From the IMG/VR virus record IMGVR_UViG_3300031998_000003, positions 32,001 to 96,000 of that record: a stretch of 64,000 bases of DNA; one strand, given 5' to 3'. A model generated the notes under the pieces. The model was not told where the DNA came from, did not search any database, and saw nothing but the letters and a program-made list of their open reading frames with translations. Position numbers and translations under genes: made by a program. Shown here one piece after another: positions 48,090-57,659 of the stretch. The DNA is from a virus (Duplodnaviria > Caudoviricetes). Every line of letters begins with the position of its first letter. Positions within the stretch are counted from its first letter, which is position 1.

Positions 48090-49082
48090 TCATTTTTCGT
48101 CCTTTCTGTTGTAGTGGTTATTGATGTTCGCCATCATCAGATACTCGTTGATCTTCAACTTAAGTACATCATACCATCTGTCAGTTGGAAGATGCTCACA
48201 GTCGACCGCGTTGTATATCATCGGATACGGTAAACGTACAAAAGTTCTTGGATCAAGTTGAAGAATATCCGTCTGATGACTCGTGTGTGGTATATCGATA
48301 CGAATCAGACCATTATCGAAACATGTCAACCACATACTTGCTGGGTTATATGCTCCACTACAAGTCCACGTTCGTCCCCAGTATACTTCGAACTCATCTT
48401 TGGCGAATGTACTGAAAAATGATTTGATTCCATTAGTCTGACCAATAACGGTCGGAAGATAACGTTTGTCAAGTTCTGCAGCCATAACATTGAGAATCTG
48501 AATCAGACCAATTGAAAACAAATACCGTCCATTCAGCATAGCTTCTTTCTTCATTCGTTCACCGGAATCATCCATCATTTCACCGATGAGATATGGTGGC
48601 CAGATATCCATCTCTTTCTCAATGTCTTTGACATAGTCAGTGATCATCTTATCTCTTTGCTCTTCTCTCGAGCAATTGTAATTATTCCGTCCAAGCTCGA
48701 ATTCAATTTCGTTTTTGATATCGAAATATGTGTGGAACGGTTGATCTTTGTCAAGCTCTTTGAGCATTTCAGACTTCTTGAATCCCATACACTGTTCAAC
48801 CCAATCCGGATCAGCACAGCTCAGATGATATATCCGTTCGTTGAGCATGAGCATTTCCATCGCTTTCGGATCAATGATACATAAACCCTGGTTGTATGAT
48901 AGATACACGAACAGAATCTGAATGTCAGGATTGTCCGGATCTGCAGGTTTCGGGTCGAGTCTCCGGAATCTAATCAGCGTGTATGGATCCCAGTAGTGGG
49001 CTGGATAATCATGAACATACGACGCATTATACCTCTTTTCACAGAGATACTTATACAACGCGCAAAAGTATAGACGATTCAT
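48090..49082 (-). CDS. Hypothetical protein
   Basis: 330 aa; RBS AAGGAGG. Confidence 0.7.
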   Translation of the reverse strand: MNRLYFCALYKYLCEKRYNASYVHDYPAHYWDPYTLIRFRRLDPKPADPDNPDIQILFVYLSYNQGLCIIDPKAMEMLMLNERIYHLSCADPDWVEQCMGFKKSEMLKELDKDQPFHTYFDIKNEIEFELGRNNYNCSREEQRDKMITDYVKDIEKEMDIWPPYLIGEMMDDSGERMKKEAMLNGRYLFSIGLIQILNVMAAELDKRYLPTVIGQTNGIKSFFSTFAKDEFEVYWGRTWTCSGAYNPASMWLTCFDNGLIRIDIPHTSHQTDILQLDPRTFVRLPYPMIYNAVDCEHLPTDRWYDVLKLKINEYLMMANINNHYNRKDEK

Positions 49083-49432
49083 TCGTCATCCTCCTTCTCA
49101 TTATCCCATGGACGGCATACTGTCAAATTCACAGCCCCATAGTAATTCATATGATCAGCTGTGTCGATGTCGATATCCTTGACCCATTCAAGGAATCTCG
49201 GATAAGTGTCGTCCTCATCGTTGTTGCTCACGTTCAGAAAATGTGCAGACCAAGTTTCTGAGAAAGCAAACCATAGTTTCTCGAGTGTCATCAAATCACA
49301 GTTGATCTTGATATGATCGGCTTCGAGAAAGTTGACAAGCTTTTTCATGTCAGCCGGAAATTCGAAGTTACACTCTTCAAACGGTGTTGGTGGAAATTCA
49401 AGACATTTCATTTCTGAATACCTCCTAACCAT
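49079..49432 (-). CDS. Hypothetical protein
   Basis: Coupled ORF. Confidence 0.6.
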   Translation of the reverse strand: MVRRYSEMKCLEFPPTPFEECNFEFPADMKKLVNFLEADHIKINCDLMTLEKLWFAFSETWSAHFLNVSNNDEDDTYPRFLEWVKDIDIDTADHMNYYGAVNLTVCRPWDNEKEDDE

Positions 49433-49800
49433 TCCTGATATCTGTTATACACTTCCTGAAATACGTCGGTTGTACATTCACCATTGTGAAAGTCCGCTGT
49501 GAAACTCAGTGTGATATTCGATGCATCATCAGATGATGTCATTGCTGATGGATAACACCCCTGTGCAATCTGCATATGCTTGATAGCTTTTCCAGATTTG
49601 CTAGTTGTGATAAGCAACATGTCAACTCCAGTTCCAGCTTTATGTGCTTCGGAACGATGTTTGCCTTCGACAAACCATTCGTAGAACGTTTGCCCACCGT
49701 GCTTCATACCGAAATCAAGAATCCGTTTCCATTCCTTGAATTTGGAATATCTGAAGTATCCACGGCGTTTTTCAAGTTTCTTCTTTTGGCGTCTGTTCAT
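49408..49800 (-). CDS. MNRRQKKK-family basic protein
   Basis: RBS GGAGG; N-terminus shared with 51272. Confidence 0.7.
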   Translation of the reverse strand: MNRRQKKKLEKRRGYFRYSKFKEWKRILDFGMKHGGQTFYEWFVEGKHRSEAHKAGTGVDMLLITTSKSGKAIKHMQIAQGCYPSAMTSSDDASNITLSFTADFHNGECTTDVFQEVYNRYQEWLGGIQK

Positions 49801-50098
49801 TTTTCAAATCCTCCGGTGTAGGAAATAACCCATTCCATTCAGGTTTGAGTTTTGTAATCCCCATGTAGTCAACAAATCCAAGTTGTTCTTTCCGTGTTCG
49901 ATCACACATTTCACTTACCGCTGATTCAATCTTTTTACCGATCAATACTCGCCAAGCTTCACTTCGTTTCTCTTTGCAATATGTCATATATAGGTCGAGA
50001 TGACATAGCCCATAAATTACACTTCTCCATTCATAATAATGGGATTTTCCATGCGCATGTGCGATTTTACGAAGCTTCTTACGTTTTCTCCAGTTCAT
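49772..50098 (-). CDS. MNWRKRKK-family basic protein
   Basis: RBS GGAGGGG before ATG 50098. Confidence 0.7.
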   Translation of the reverse strand: MNWRKRKKLRKIAHAHGKSHYYEWRSVIYGLCHLDLYMTYCKEKRSEAWRVLIGKKIESAVSEMCDRTRKEQLGFVDYMGITKLKPEWNGLFPTPEDLKNEQTPKEET

Positions 50099-50117
50099 TA
50101 TAACCCCTCCAAGAGTA

Positions 50118-50480
50118 TCAATCAAAATTGTGTTTGACGATAATATTTGTTGGTTTGTCAATTTTGATTGATTGAGATGTGGATTCGTCATTTGTAAATT
50201 GAACGATCATCTCGTTCTGTTGTTCAAGATCGTCAACGTTCTTCATAACTTTTGCATACCATTCTTCCTGAGTCATACAATACTCAGGAAGTCCGGCTTT
50301 GCAAAACATTTGATTCATTCTGGGAAGAACCTCTGACCAGTGAATCAAACAGTTCTTGAGTGCATACTCGAATGCGGCGTAATGAATACAAAACTTCAGA
50401 TTACGTTTGTATTCCCAGTAATGGGTGTATCCATAATGATGAGCGATTCTACGCTGTTTCTTACGTTTCCGCCAATGCAC
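50118..50480 (-). CDS. MHWRKRKK-family basic protein
   Basis: GTG start after GGAGGTG. Confidence 0.7.
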   Translation of the reverse strand: MHWRKRKKQRRIAHHYGYTHYWEYKRNLKFCIHYAAFEYALKNCLIHWSEVLPRMNQMFCKAGLPEYCMTQEEWYAKVMKNVDDLEQQNEMIVQFTNDESTSQSIKIDKPTNIIVKHNFD

Positions 50481-51272
50481 TCAATCCACCTCCATTCCCA
50501 TCGCTTCACATGAATTACCGGCAAATCGTTTGCGTCGATCAATAAGATCATCAAGATGTTCCTCAATACGTTCACCATCAGTAGGACCCAGATCGATCGG
50601 ACCGAGATGAATCGGTTCGGACGGAGTCTCTTCAACACCTTTGATGGACATGTTACCATATCGACCGACAACTTTACGTAAATCAATCGTAGCACTTGAA
50701 GGATACTCAATCGCAGAACCACCCAGGATATGCTCATCAGCCATAATCTGCCTACGCATGCGATCTGTATCACCATGCTCAATTGTCAGCTTAGCTGACA
50801 CCATTTCAGGCATCTCACGAATAGCTGACAGTTTGGCTGATGTCATCGATTTATGACCGTCAAGCGGACCCTTTGGAAGCGGTACTGCAAGCTCATCTGG
50901 TTTGTATCCGTTCTTGAAAGAATCCTCATCGATGGAGAATGAATGGATTTTATCACCGACCATTCGCATGCTCATTGATGGAATCACGTCAGGTTTCACA
51001 ATATCAGCATATCTACCGAAACTGGAAACGACACAATTTTCCAATTCCGGCATTCCGTACCGTCTATATTTCCTGTTGAAAATCTTTGTCGGAGCTTTCG
51101 TGAATAAAACGGTTTTTGCATAATTAAACATATACTGCTTAAAAGCATACGGACCGTCGTTATTGACAACAGGTCCAAAGATATCGTACAGAATCTTCAC
51201 CCGCAATTTATAATCGCGATAATGAAAGAATCCTGCACGATTCTCAAGTTTCTTCTTTTGACGCTTGTTCAT
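50481..51272 (-). CDS. MNKRQKKK-family protein
   Basis: N-terminus MNKRQKKKLENRAGFFHY. Confidence 0.7.
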   Translation of the reverse strand: MNKRQKKKLENRAGFFHYRDYKLRVKILYDIFGPVVNNDGPYAFKQYMFNYAKTVLFTKAPTKIFNRKYRRYGMPELENCVVSSFGRYADIVKPDVIPSMSMRMVGDKIHSFSIDEDSFKNGYKPDELAVPLPKGPLDGHKSMTSAKLSAIREMPEMVSAKLTIEHGDTDRMRRQIMADEHILGGSAIEYPSSATIDLRKVVGRYGNMSIKGVEETPSEPIHLGPIDLGPTDGERIEEHLDDLIDRRKRFAGNSCEAMGMEVD

Positions 51273-51822
51273 TTGCCTTTCCTCCATTCAGTATATTTCT
51301 GATCTCATCTTTCAAATGTCCTGCAGCCCAGTTGTCATCAACAAACGAATCGATCAACGCATTAATTTTTTCGATCATCACATCGGTTTTCGGAATATTG
51401 ATACCGATTTTCTTAGCAGTCGCCTCGGTAATCACTTTTTCCAGATTTGGATCGTATTGCTTACAAATCCGCAACCATTCACCGGAAAGTTGATGATCCA
51501 TAAATATTGAACTGAATTTACTTGCTCCCGGATAATTGTTTCTTATATAATGCAACATGATATCGTTGACGATATCTTGGTTCGGTATTCCAAATACACA
51601 AGCGGTAACTTCTCCTTTATAAGCGTCAATCCAGCATGGGTGCTCATTCAAAGACTCAAAGTCAATCTTGTTCCATTCCTCTGTACTGTAATCTTTGAAG
51701 TTGATACGCTGTGTGCGGTTTTTGTCAACAAACAATTCAAATGTGTCATGCCACATCACAACCCGAAGTTTTACTCGAGTAGGGGAAACCCTTTCAAGGA
51801 ATGTTACAAATGATATTGCCAT
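51244..51822 (-). CDS. Hypothetical protein
   Basis: RBS AAAGGAG. Confidence 0.65.
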   Translation of the reverse strand: MAISFVTFLERVSPTRVKLRVVMWHDTFELFVDKNRTQRINFKDYSTEEWNKIDFESLNEHPCWIDAYKGEVTACVFGIPNQDIVNDIMLHYIRNNYPGASKFSSIFMDHQLSGEWLRICKQYDPNLEKVITEATAKKIGINIPKTDVMIEKINALIDSFVDDNWAAGHLKDEIRNILNGGKANEQASKEET

Positions 51823-51834
51823 GAGTTTCTCCTT

Positions 51835-52119
51835 TCAGAATTGATGGAATGTGACGGTTTCATTCGATGGATCCACATTAATGTTGTCTGTGCAAATTGT
51901 TGTTTTACACGGATACATTCCATTGTTAGTCATATAACTGTTGGATTTGAACTCATAGTTTCTGTCGGAAAAGTCAAATACACGAAACGGGAGCACAACG
52001 GCTCCCGTCCCATCCATGTTTGTTTCACGTTTTGCTTCACAACAAAACTTAATTTGATAATTGCCAGCACCCGTTGTCTCAAGTGATTCAAGAATTGCTT
52101 TCAATTGACTCACTGTCAT
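51835..52119 (-). CDS. Hypothetical protein
   Basis: MTVSQLKAILE-type phage N-terminus. Confidence 0.6.
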   Translation of the reverse strand: MTVSQLKAILESLETTGAGNYQIKFCCEAKRETNMDGTGAVVLPFRVFDFSDRNYEFKSNSYMTNNGMYPCKTTICTDNINVDPSNETVTFHQF

Positions 52120-52441
52120 GTTCTTCAGCCTCCTTTATCACCGCTGCTTTCCAGTGAAAATAGTCCTTCCATCCTGGACCAAATGCCACATCCATCAGCC
52201 GTTCAAACATCTTTGGATTATGTTCTGCTATTTCTCTGAGTGTGCTTTTCTCAGTAATAACAAACTCTTCTTTCCGCTTAACAGGTTTCGGTTTTTCAAC
52301 AGGTTCGATGATTATGCGAAACTTCTGACTCTTCGGAAATTTCTCCATGAATCGATACAGACGACCCTGAAGAGAATTGATAAATGACGGTTTGAAAATC
52401 GTCGTTTTGTCAATCGTTGCAATTTCAATACGTTTATCCAT
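52088..52441 (-). CDS. Hypothetical protein
   Basis: RBS GGAGG. Confidence 0.6.
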   Translation of the reverse strand: MDKRIEIATIDKTTIFKPSFINSLQGRLYRFMEKFPKSQKFRIIIEPVEKPKPVKRKEEFVITEKSTLREIAEHNPKMFERLMDVAFGPGWKDYFHWKAAVIKEAEEHDSESIESNS

Positions 52442-52717
52442 TTAAACCTCCATTGGGACTTTTACAAAGATTTGTCCCGTGTTGAGATCTGTATATGGAA
52501 TCAGTGTCTCAATAAGTTGATCTGCTTCATCAAAGAATACAACACTAAGAGTCTTTTCGTCACAGTTCTTGATGAGACAATGATACCATGTTCGCGGTTT
52601 GATATTCCATGTTTCCGGAATATCTTTTACGAACGCAAGTGTGACATAATTGCGATAACAGAACTCTGCAAACCCAAGTGGTGCTTTAACCATCATTGTC
52701 TTCATCCTCCGATTCAA
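52442..52717 (-). CDS. Hypothetical protein (repeated module)
   Basis: Coupled ORF. Confidence 0.6.
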   Translation of the reverse strand: MNRRMKTMMVKAPLGFAEFCYRNYVTLAFVKDIPETWNIKPRTWYHCLIKNCDEKTLSVVFFDEADQLIETLIPYTDLNTGQIFVKVPMEV

Positions 52718-53300
52718 ATGACTTAATTGTCACTGGACGATCAATAGTCGTTCTGAGGAAATCCCTACATGTTGTGAGCACAATATCCGTGAACAATTTT
52801 ATGTCCCCATCTGCGTCATGTTGGTTGATTGGATTCCCATCATAATCGTAAACATCCATTGCAAGTTTCCATTCACGATCCACAATATTGATTCTGACGA
52901 TAACATGCGTTTTGATTGGTTTAAATGATATGACGATGTTGAACCTGTCAGGGTCGTCAGCATTCTCTTGCAATGACAATGACGCGATTGTGCCATCATC
53001 GTTGAACCCAACATAGGTATCACCGTGTTCATCGGTGACATCATCTTTTACACTAGCAACCATACGGCAACCGTCGATCAGATTCCAGGTGTTACCCTCT
53101 GCACCAACCAGATCTCCAGTATGAACAATGAACAGCTCTCGCTTACCAGCGTCAGCCTCTTTGATGTTGTCAGCCAGGTCGAACATGATCTTATGATATA
53201 GCATGTTTGACAGTGAAAAACCTGTCGCAAAAGAATTGGTAGATTTCATTATTTCCTCCTTATTCCAATCCGCATAATACGAATTCTGTGATTCGAACAA
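52686..53300 (-). CDS. Hypothetical protein
   Basis: ORF; true start probably MKSTN after AAGGAGG. Confidence 0.6.
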   Translation of the reverse strand: MFESQNSYYADWNKEEIMKSTNSFATGFSLSNMLYHKIMFDLADNIKEADAGKRELFIVHTGDLVGAEGNTWNLIDGCRMVASVKDDVTDEHGDTYVGFNDDGTIASLSLQENADDPDRFNIVISFKPIKTHVIVRINIVDREWKLAMDVYDYDGNPINQHDADGDIKLFTDIVLTTCRDFLRTTIDRPVTIKSFESEDEDNDG

Positions 53301-53671
53301 TCTTTTGATTTTTTGCCGTCAATCAACATATGGGGTTTGATACCAAAGATGCTTTTGTTCTCATCGGTGATACCAAGATGCTGTTGAACGGGAACAACCG
53401 AAGCATCGTTCGAACGTACAGATGTCACGAATCCTACACAGTTATGCATGTCAGGAATCATGTTGTCACTGGGTGTACGCATGACAGGAATACCTTTTCC
53501 ATGTGTCATGATTTCCTGAAACACCGCATCATTTTCAATATACTCAGTAAACATCCCGCTGTAAGTTTGTGATACTCGCAGCGGGATAGAATATGTTAAC
53601 TGAGCAATGTTTCCTTCACTCATTTGTTTTCCTTTCCGGAACAATACATTTCCGAATCCAAATTTTGTCAC
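53249..53671 (-). CDS. Hypothetical protein
   Basis: ORF; true start probably MSEGN. Confidence 0.6.
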   Translation of the reverse strand: MTKFGFGNVLFRKGKQMSEGNIAQLTYSIPLRVSQTYSGMFTEYIENDAVFQEIMTHGKGIPVMRTPSDNMIPDMHNCVGFVTSVRSNDASVVPVQQHLGITDENKSIFGIKPHMLIDGKKSKDCSNHRIRIMRIGIRRK

Positions 53672-54317
53672 TCATCAGCTGTTCAATTGTGATCTTGTAA
53701 CCGGTCGAACCAAAGACATCACCGATAACCCAGATGCCGTCCGAAACGACTGAATCGATCATTGCATATGACTCAGTGCCCTTGATGTCTGGTAATGTAC
53801 CTTCGATCCACTCGATGAAAATCGGAGTTCCCTGTTTGAAATAATCCTCATCGACAACCAGTTTTGTCTGGAAAAGGATACCTTTGTATTGATCGGCATC
53901 TTTCGTGACACCTTTCACAATGTCTTTGAACCATTTCTCATTATCGAGATTTATGATTCGCAAACCTGATAGATTTCGGCATTTCTCCTCGAAGGCTCTT
54001 TCCATCGGTAACGTTACAGTTCCATCGATGTCAACAGATTTTTTGGTTAGATCGAGAAGTTCATCAGCTTCTTTTTTCATATCCATCATATATCGAGAGA
54101 ATGTCTCTTTATCGATTTTGGTGTTTGATGGAACATCCATGATGTCATATTGGAGTACGAGTCTGGTCGCACAACTCCAGCAAAGTGGTATTCCCATGAA
54201 GAGATGAATCTCATCGTCGGGCCACCAAGGTGAATGTGATTTCCGATGGCATCCACATACGAAACAATCATGTCGATTGATTGTCTTTGGATATGATAAT
54301 TCTTTCGGCATTGTCAA
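53616..54317 (-). CDS. Zn-finger plus repeated module protein
   Basis: CFVC...CWSC; DEDYFKQGTPIFI. Confidence 0.65.
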   Translation of the reverse strand: MTMPKELSYPKTINRHDCFVCGCHRKSHSPWWPDDEIHLFMGIPLCWSCATRLVLQYDIMDVPSNTKIDKETFSRYMMDMKKEADELLDLTKKSVDIDGTVTLPMERAFEEKCRNLSGLRIINLDNEKWFKDIVKGVTKDADQYKGILFQTKLVVDEDYFKQGTPIFIEWIEGTLPDIKGTESYAMIDSVVSDGIWVIGDVFGSTGYKITIEQLMSDKIWIRKCIVPERKTNE

Positions 54318-54805
54318 TCCTCCTCAATTGAATTATTCTTTGACGGTGTCCACCAGATATTGTACGCACGCAGAATCTCGATACCTATAGACAGCTTGCG
54401 ATATTCCCAATTGACTTGTGACGATCTGATATTGCTTCCAACAAGTTCATGAATTTTCTCATATAGTTCGTCACAGATTTTCTGGATTTGCTCAGGACTT
54501 CTTCCACGATAGAAATCATGAAGTTTCTCATCTTCAGCAGTGAATTTCTTCATCCGAAAATAGAAGTCCATATCAATCGGCTCTGTTGCTGATCCGTCAT
54601 AAAGTTTAATATGCTCGAGAAGTGTGTCACGATCAATGTCATCATTCGTAACGAATGAGACTTCTGTCCTAACAGGATTATCGAGCATTCCTGTCGATGA
54701 TTGGTTGATACACCAGAGTTCAATTTTCATTGTAGATCTCCTCCCATAATGATTTAAGATTCTGATACAGTTCCTCGGAAGGTTTGATAGGTTCCTGAGG
54801 AACAC
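54314..54805 (-). CDS. Hypothetical protein
   Basis: ORF; true start probably MKIEL after GGAGGAG. Confidence 0.6.
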   Translation of the reverse strand: MFLRNLSNLPRNCIRILNHYGRRSTMKIELWCINQSSTGMLDNPVRTEVSFVTNDDIDRDTLLEHIKLYDGSATEPIDMDFYFRMKKFTAEDEKLHDFYRGRSPEQIQKICDELYEKIHELVGSNIRSSQVNWEYRKLSIGIEILRAYNIWWTPSKNNSIEED

Positions 54806-55361
54806 TCAGTCGATATCCATGAAACGGATAATATGTTATTGTATCTCCGTCACGTTCGCATTTGGCCTGTGAACTGTCAATGTATTCCAATCGTTCATTG
54901 ACGCGTTCAATAGCGCGTTTGAATTCGTTGAGATATTGCGGATGGGTCATCTTGATATATACATCGTCAAAGCTTTTACAACCATAAAGCGTTTTGAATA
55001 TATCCAGGATCCATGTATCGACCTCTCGTGCTGCAGCATTTGAAGCTTCAATCAATTGACTTTCAAGTTCGTGAGCAATCCCATAAACATGCTCGGATGC
55101 TTCGAAAGCTTCCTTTGCAGCCTTGAAATCTTCTGCAGTAAATTTCGGAAGTTTTGAACGTACAAATGTAAAGTCGCCAATCTTGATGTCTGGTAATGTG
55201 GCATCGTCTTTCGGTTCGGCTGTTGACAAAGCTTTTTCCAGTTCTTCCATTTTAAGCAAGACAGCCTTGAAACCATTGCCTTTATACGGTCTTGAATGAA
55301 ACTCCATATCCGAAACAAAAAGTTTCAGATGTTGCCATGCGGATTCGTAATTAATTGGCAT
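54720..55361 (-). CDS. Hypothetical protein, first gene of the accessory transcript
   Basis: RBS AAGGAGG before ATG 55361; early-type promoter upstream. Confidence 0.7.
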   Translation of the reverse strand: MPINYESAWQHLKLFVSDMEFHSRPYKGNGFKAVLLKMEELEKALSTAEPKDDATLPDIKIGDFTFVRSKLPKFTAEDFKAAKEAFEASEHVYGIAHELESQLIEASNAAAREVDTWILDIFKTLYGCKSFDDVYIKMTHPQYLNEFKRAIERVNERLEYIDSSQAKCERDGDTITYYPFHGYRLSVPQEPIKPSEELYQNLKSLWEEIYNEN

Positions 55362-55402
55362 TTGATATTCCTCCTTGTTTTCACACAACACTGTGTGTTT
55401 TA

Positions 55403-55419
55403 TCATGATAATAATATAT
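55403..55419 (-). promoter_or_regulatory. Putative early promoter
   Basis: ATATATTATT-ATC-ATGA immediately after a terminator. Confidence 0.5.
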
Positions 55420-55436
55420 TCGTAAAGAAAAAAAGA

Positions 55437-55458
55437 ATCGCGGGGTAATCCCCGCGAT
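55437..55458 (-). terminator. Intrinsic terminator
   Basis: atcgcgggg-taat-ccccgcgat with an A tract on the plus strand. Confidence 0.7.
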
Positions 55459-55464
55459 CCCATA

Positions 55465-55845
55465 TTATAGATGCCAGCTGTCACCGGGCATGCCGAGATA
55501 CTCTTTCTCGATGTGATGAGCGATCTCGAGAGCTTCGTCGTCAGTGACATTACCAAATACCTTCCGAATATGATTCCAGCGGTCTTCAAAATATTTCTGA
55601 CAGATCTCATCGGTGGACTCCGGCATGAATGATGCATTAACCGTAACCTTGATACAGTAGTCAATACGTGAATGCATCACATCAATGAGAAACTTCATTT
55701 CAACATCAGTCACAAGAATATCCTGTTTATGAAGATCTATGCGGGCATCCTCACTGGTAGTACCCCATATTTCATGAGGCGTCTTGGGTCCTAAAACGAA
55801 TATCTCATGTGCCTTCATTGGAATATCCTGTTGACGATAAATCAT
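55465..55845 (-). CDS. Hypothetical protein
   Basis: Coupled ORF. Confidence 0.55.
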   Translation of the reverse strand: MIYRQQDIPMKAHEIFVLGPKTPHEIWGTTSEDARIDLHKQDILVTDVEMKFLIDVMHSRIDYCIKVTVNASFMPESTDEICQKYFEDRWNHIRKVFGNVTDDEALEIAHHIEKEYLGMPGDSWHL

Positions 55846-56126
55846 GATGCTCCATTCGCGGGAGAAGGCTCGTCTGTACTCTTTAACGAACATTCAGGAA
55901 TCTCCTTTCCGTCACGGCTAACGATAACGCCATCACCAGTGATCTTGAACGCAGTATCATTGTCGAGACCCATATGGGCCATATATTTGCACAATCCGTT
56001 CCAGTGTTCGGAATCATTGTGCAGAACATACAAAGCGCTACCACCCAGACCTAGTGCAAGCTGTACAAGAATCTTGAGTTTCGCGACTTCAGCTTCAAGC
56101 TGTTCAATCCGTTCTTTCTGGGTCAT
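55842..56126 (-). CDS. Hypothetical protein
   Basis: RBS AGGAGG; resembles the C-terminal half of the next ORF. Confidence 0.6.
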   Translation of the reverse strand: MTQKERIEQLEAEVAKLKILVQLALGLGGSALYVLHNDSEHWNGLCKYMAHMGLDNDTAFKITGDGVIVSRDGKEIPECSLKSTDEPSPANGAS

Positions 56127-56625
56127 GATCGTTACCCTCCTTTGGTAAAATATCCAGGCCTTCAGGTGTCAGCTTAAAAGGAAAATCATCGACACCATGA
56201 TTACGTGCCCATTCCCAAATACTCTGATACCATTTCTTCAAGACTTTGTCAGATGGCACCATGCCACCGCCATGATATTGCGATAGTACCGGTAATGACT
56301 GATTAGTCAGTGCCAGTGTTAAGCTCACAACTTCCTTCAGTTGTTCAAGTTCTTCCCGAAGGACAACGTTCTCCTGTTCCAGAGCAATTAACCGTTCAGC
56401 GAATTCCGTCAATTGAATTCCCGGTTGACTAATCGGGACTTTGATACAACGGGCTTCATTTGTTGTGATGTTTTCTTTCCAATAGTTTGGATCATTTGGA
56501 TCATCACAGATTTTTTTAATTGTCACTGGTGTTGATGATGAGTCTGGAAACGGGGTATCCCGTTTGGTGGTATTGTTGAAATCGCAACCACCACCACTCA
56601 GACGGAATCCATCAATCTCAATCAT
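56104..56625 (-). CDS. Hypothetical protein
   Basis: RBS AGGAGG. Confidence 0.65.
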   Translation of the reverse strand: MIEIDGFRLSGGGCDFNNTTKRDTPFPDSSSTPVTIKKICDDPNDPNYWKENITTNEARCIKVPISQPGIQLTEFAERLIALEQENVVLREELEQLKEVVSLTLALTNQSLPVLSQYHGGGMVPSDKVLKKWYQSIWEWARNHGVDDFPFKLTPEGLDILPKEGNDHDPERTD

Positions 56626-56654
56626 ACGATATCCCTCCTAAAAATGTTTGTATG

Positions 56655-56680
56655 GAATGGTGGGCCGAAGCCCACCATTC
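56655..56680 (-). terminator. Terminator hairpin
   Basis: gaatggtgggc-cgaa-gcccaccattc. Confidence 0.65.
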
Positions 56681-56687
56681 ATATTTT

Positions 56688-57419
56688 TCAATCTTTTGAC
56701 TTCCGATTCATCAACGACTCAAAGTCAATTGTGAGGGAACGGGTGTCCATCATCATCTTGATCGCTTTCATTTTGATATTTAAGTAATCATGGAACGGAC
56801 GATGTTCAACAAGATACGTGATAGATGGAGAGACCGACATGTTTGATTTTTTGTAATACCGGGTTCTTCCATCATCCTCGTCTTCATATGCGGGAGGATC
56901 CCATATCGGCAAAGCTCTGTCAACGAGAATTCTTCTGACTTGCATTAGAATTTGTCCAAGACGGTTGTCACCGGTAAGCACAATTGTCTCGCTGTCTTTG
57001 ACCGGGACTTTAGTCGGAATAGCACCCCAGTACTTGTCACCCCAGGTATTTCCCTCAACCAGTCGCATTCCAGATGTCTCGATCAGCTGCCGTGTCAGAA
57101 GACTGTTCTGAGAGAACTTCTGATACACAACATACCACATGACGTCGAATTTGATTTCTTCCCAGTCTGAACGAAGCTTGACCTTACGACCCGCAGCCTT
57201 TGCTTCTTTCGGTCCCATCTTAGCAAACTTTGCACGGATCTTTGGATCGGTAGTTTTGTAGGACTGGAACATCGCTTCAGCAGAGGTGAATTCATTTCCT
57301 TCATAATCCCGAATTTTGCATTTGTGAAAATTCGAAAGGAAAGCGTATTCATCTCTGAAGCGATTTACACATCCCCGTGAGTTGCTTAACAGCTCCTCAA
57401 TCTGTTTGGTGTCATTCAT
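56688..57419 (-). CDS. NADAR (YbiA-like) family hydrolase
   Basis: FLSNF, SAEAMFQSYK, DWEEIK...M...KFSQN, LVEGNTWGDKYWG and GDNRLGQILMQVR. Confidence 0.9.
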   Translation of the reverse strand: MNDTKQIEELLSNSRGCVNRFRDEYAFLSNFHKCKIRDYEGNEFTSAEAMFQSYKTTDPKIRAKFAKMGPKEAKAAGRKVKLRSDWEEIKFDVMWYVVYQKFSQNSLLTRQLIETSGMRLVEGNTWGDKYWGAIPTKVPVKDSETIVLTGDNRLGQILMQVRRILVDRALPIWDPPAYEDEDDGRTRYYKKSNMSVSPSITYLVEHRPFHDYLNIKMKAIKMMMDTRSLTIDFESLMNRKSKD

Positions 57420-57431
57420 GACAATTCCTCC

Positions 57432-57659
57432 TTAAGATTTATTAGCAATCAAACGTGTGAGTTCGACTCCTGCCCATGATACAATGCTAACAATCAACAC
57501 GATTGTTCCGATGATTAGAATCCATTTTAGGATCTTATCACGTTTCACGTTCTGTATACGTTCTGCTTCAACTTCATGTTCAAGCTTTTCACGTATTTCA
57601 CGTTTCTTTTCGTCTTCAGGATCTTTTTCCCATGGAGGGATGTAACGATCTTCATTCAT
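57432..57659 (-). CDS. Small membrane protein
   Basis: One transmembrane helix, WILIIGTIVLIVSIVSW. Confidence 0.6.
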   Translation of the reverse strand: MNEDRYIPPWEKDPEDEKKREIREKLEHEVEAERIQNVKRDKILKWILIIGTIVLIVSIVSWAGVELTRLIANKS

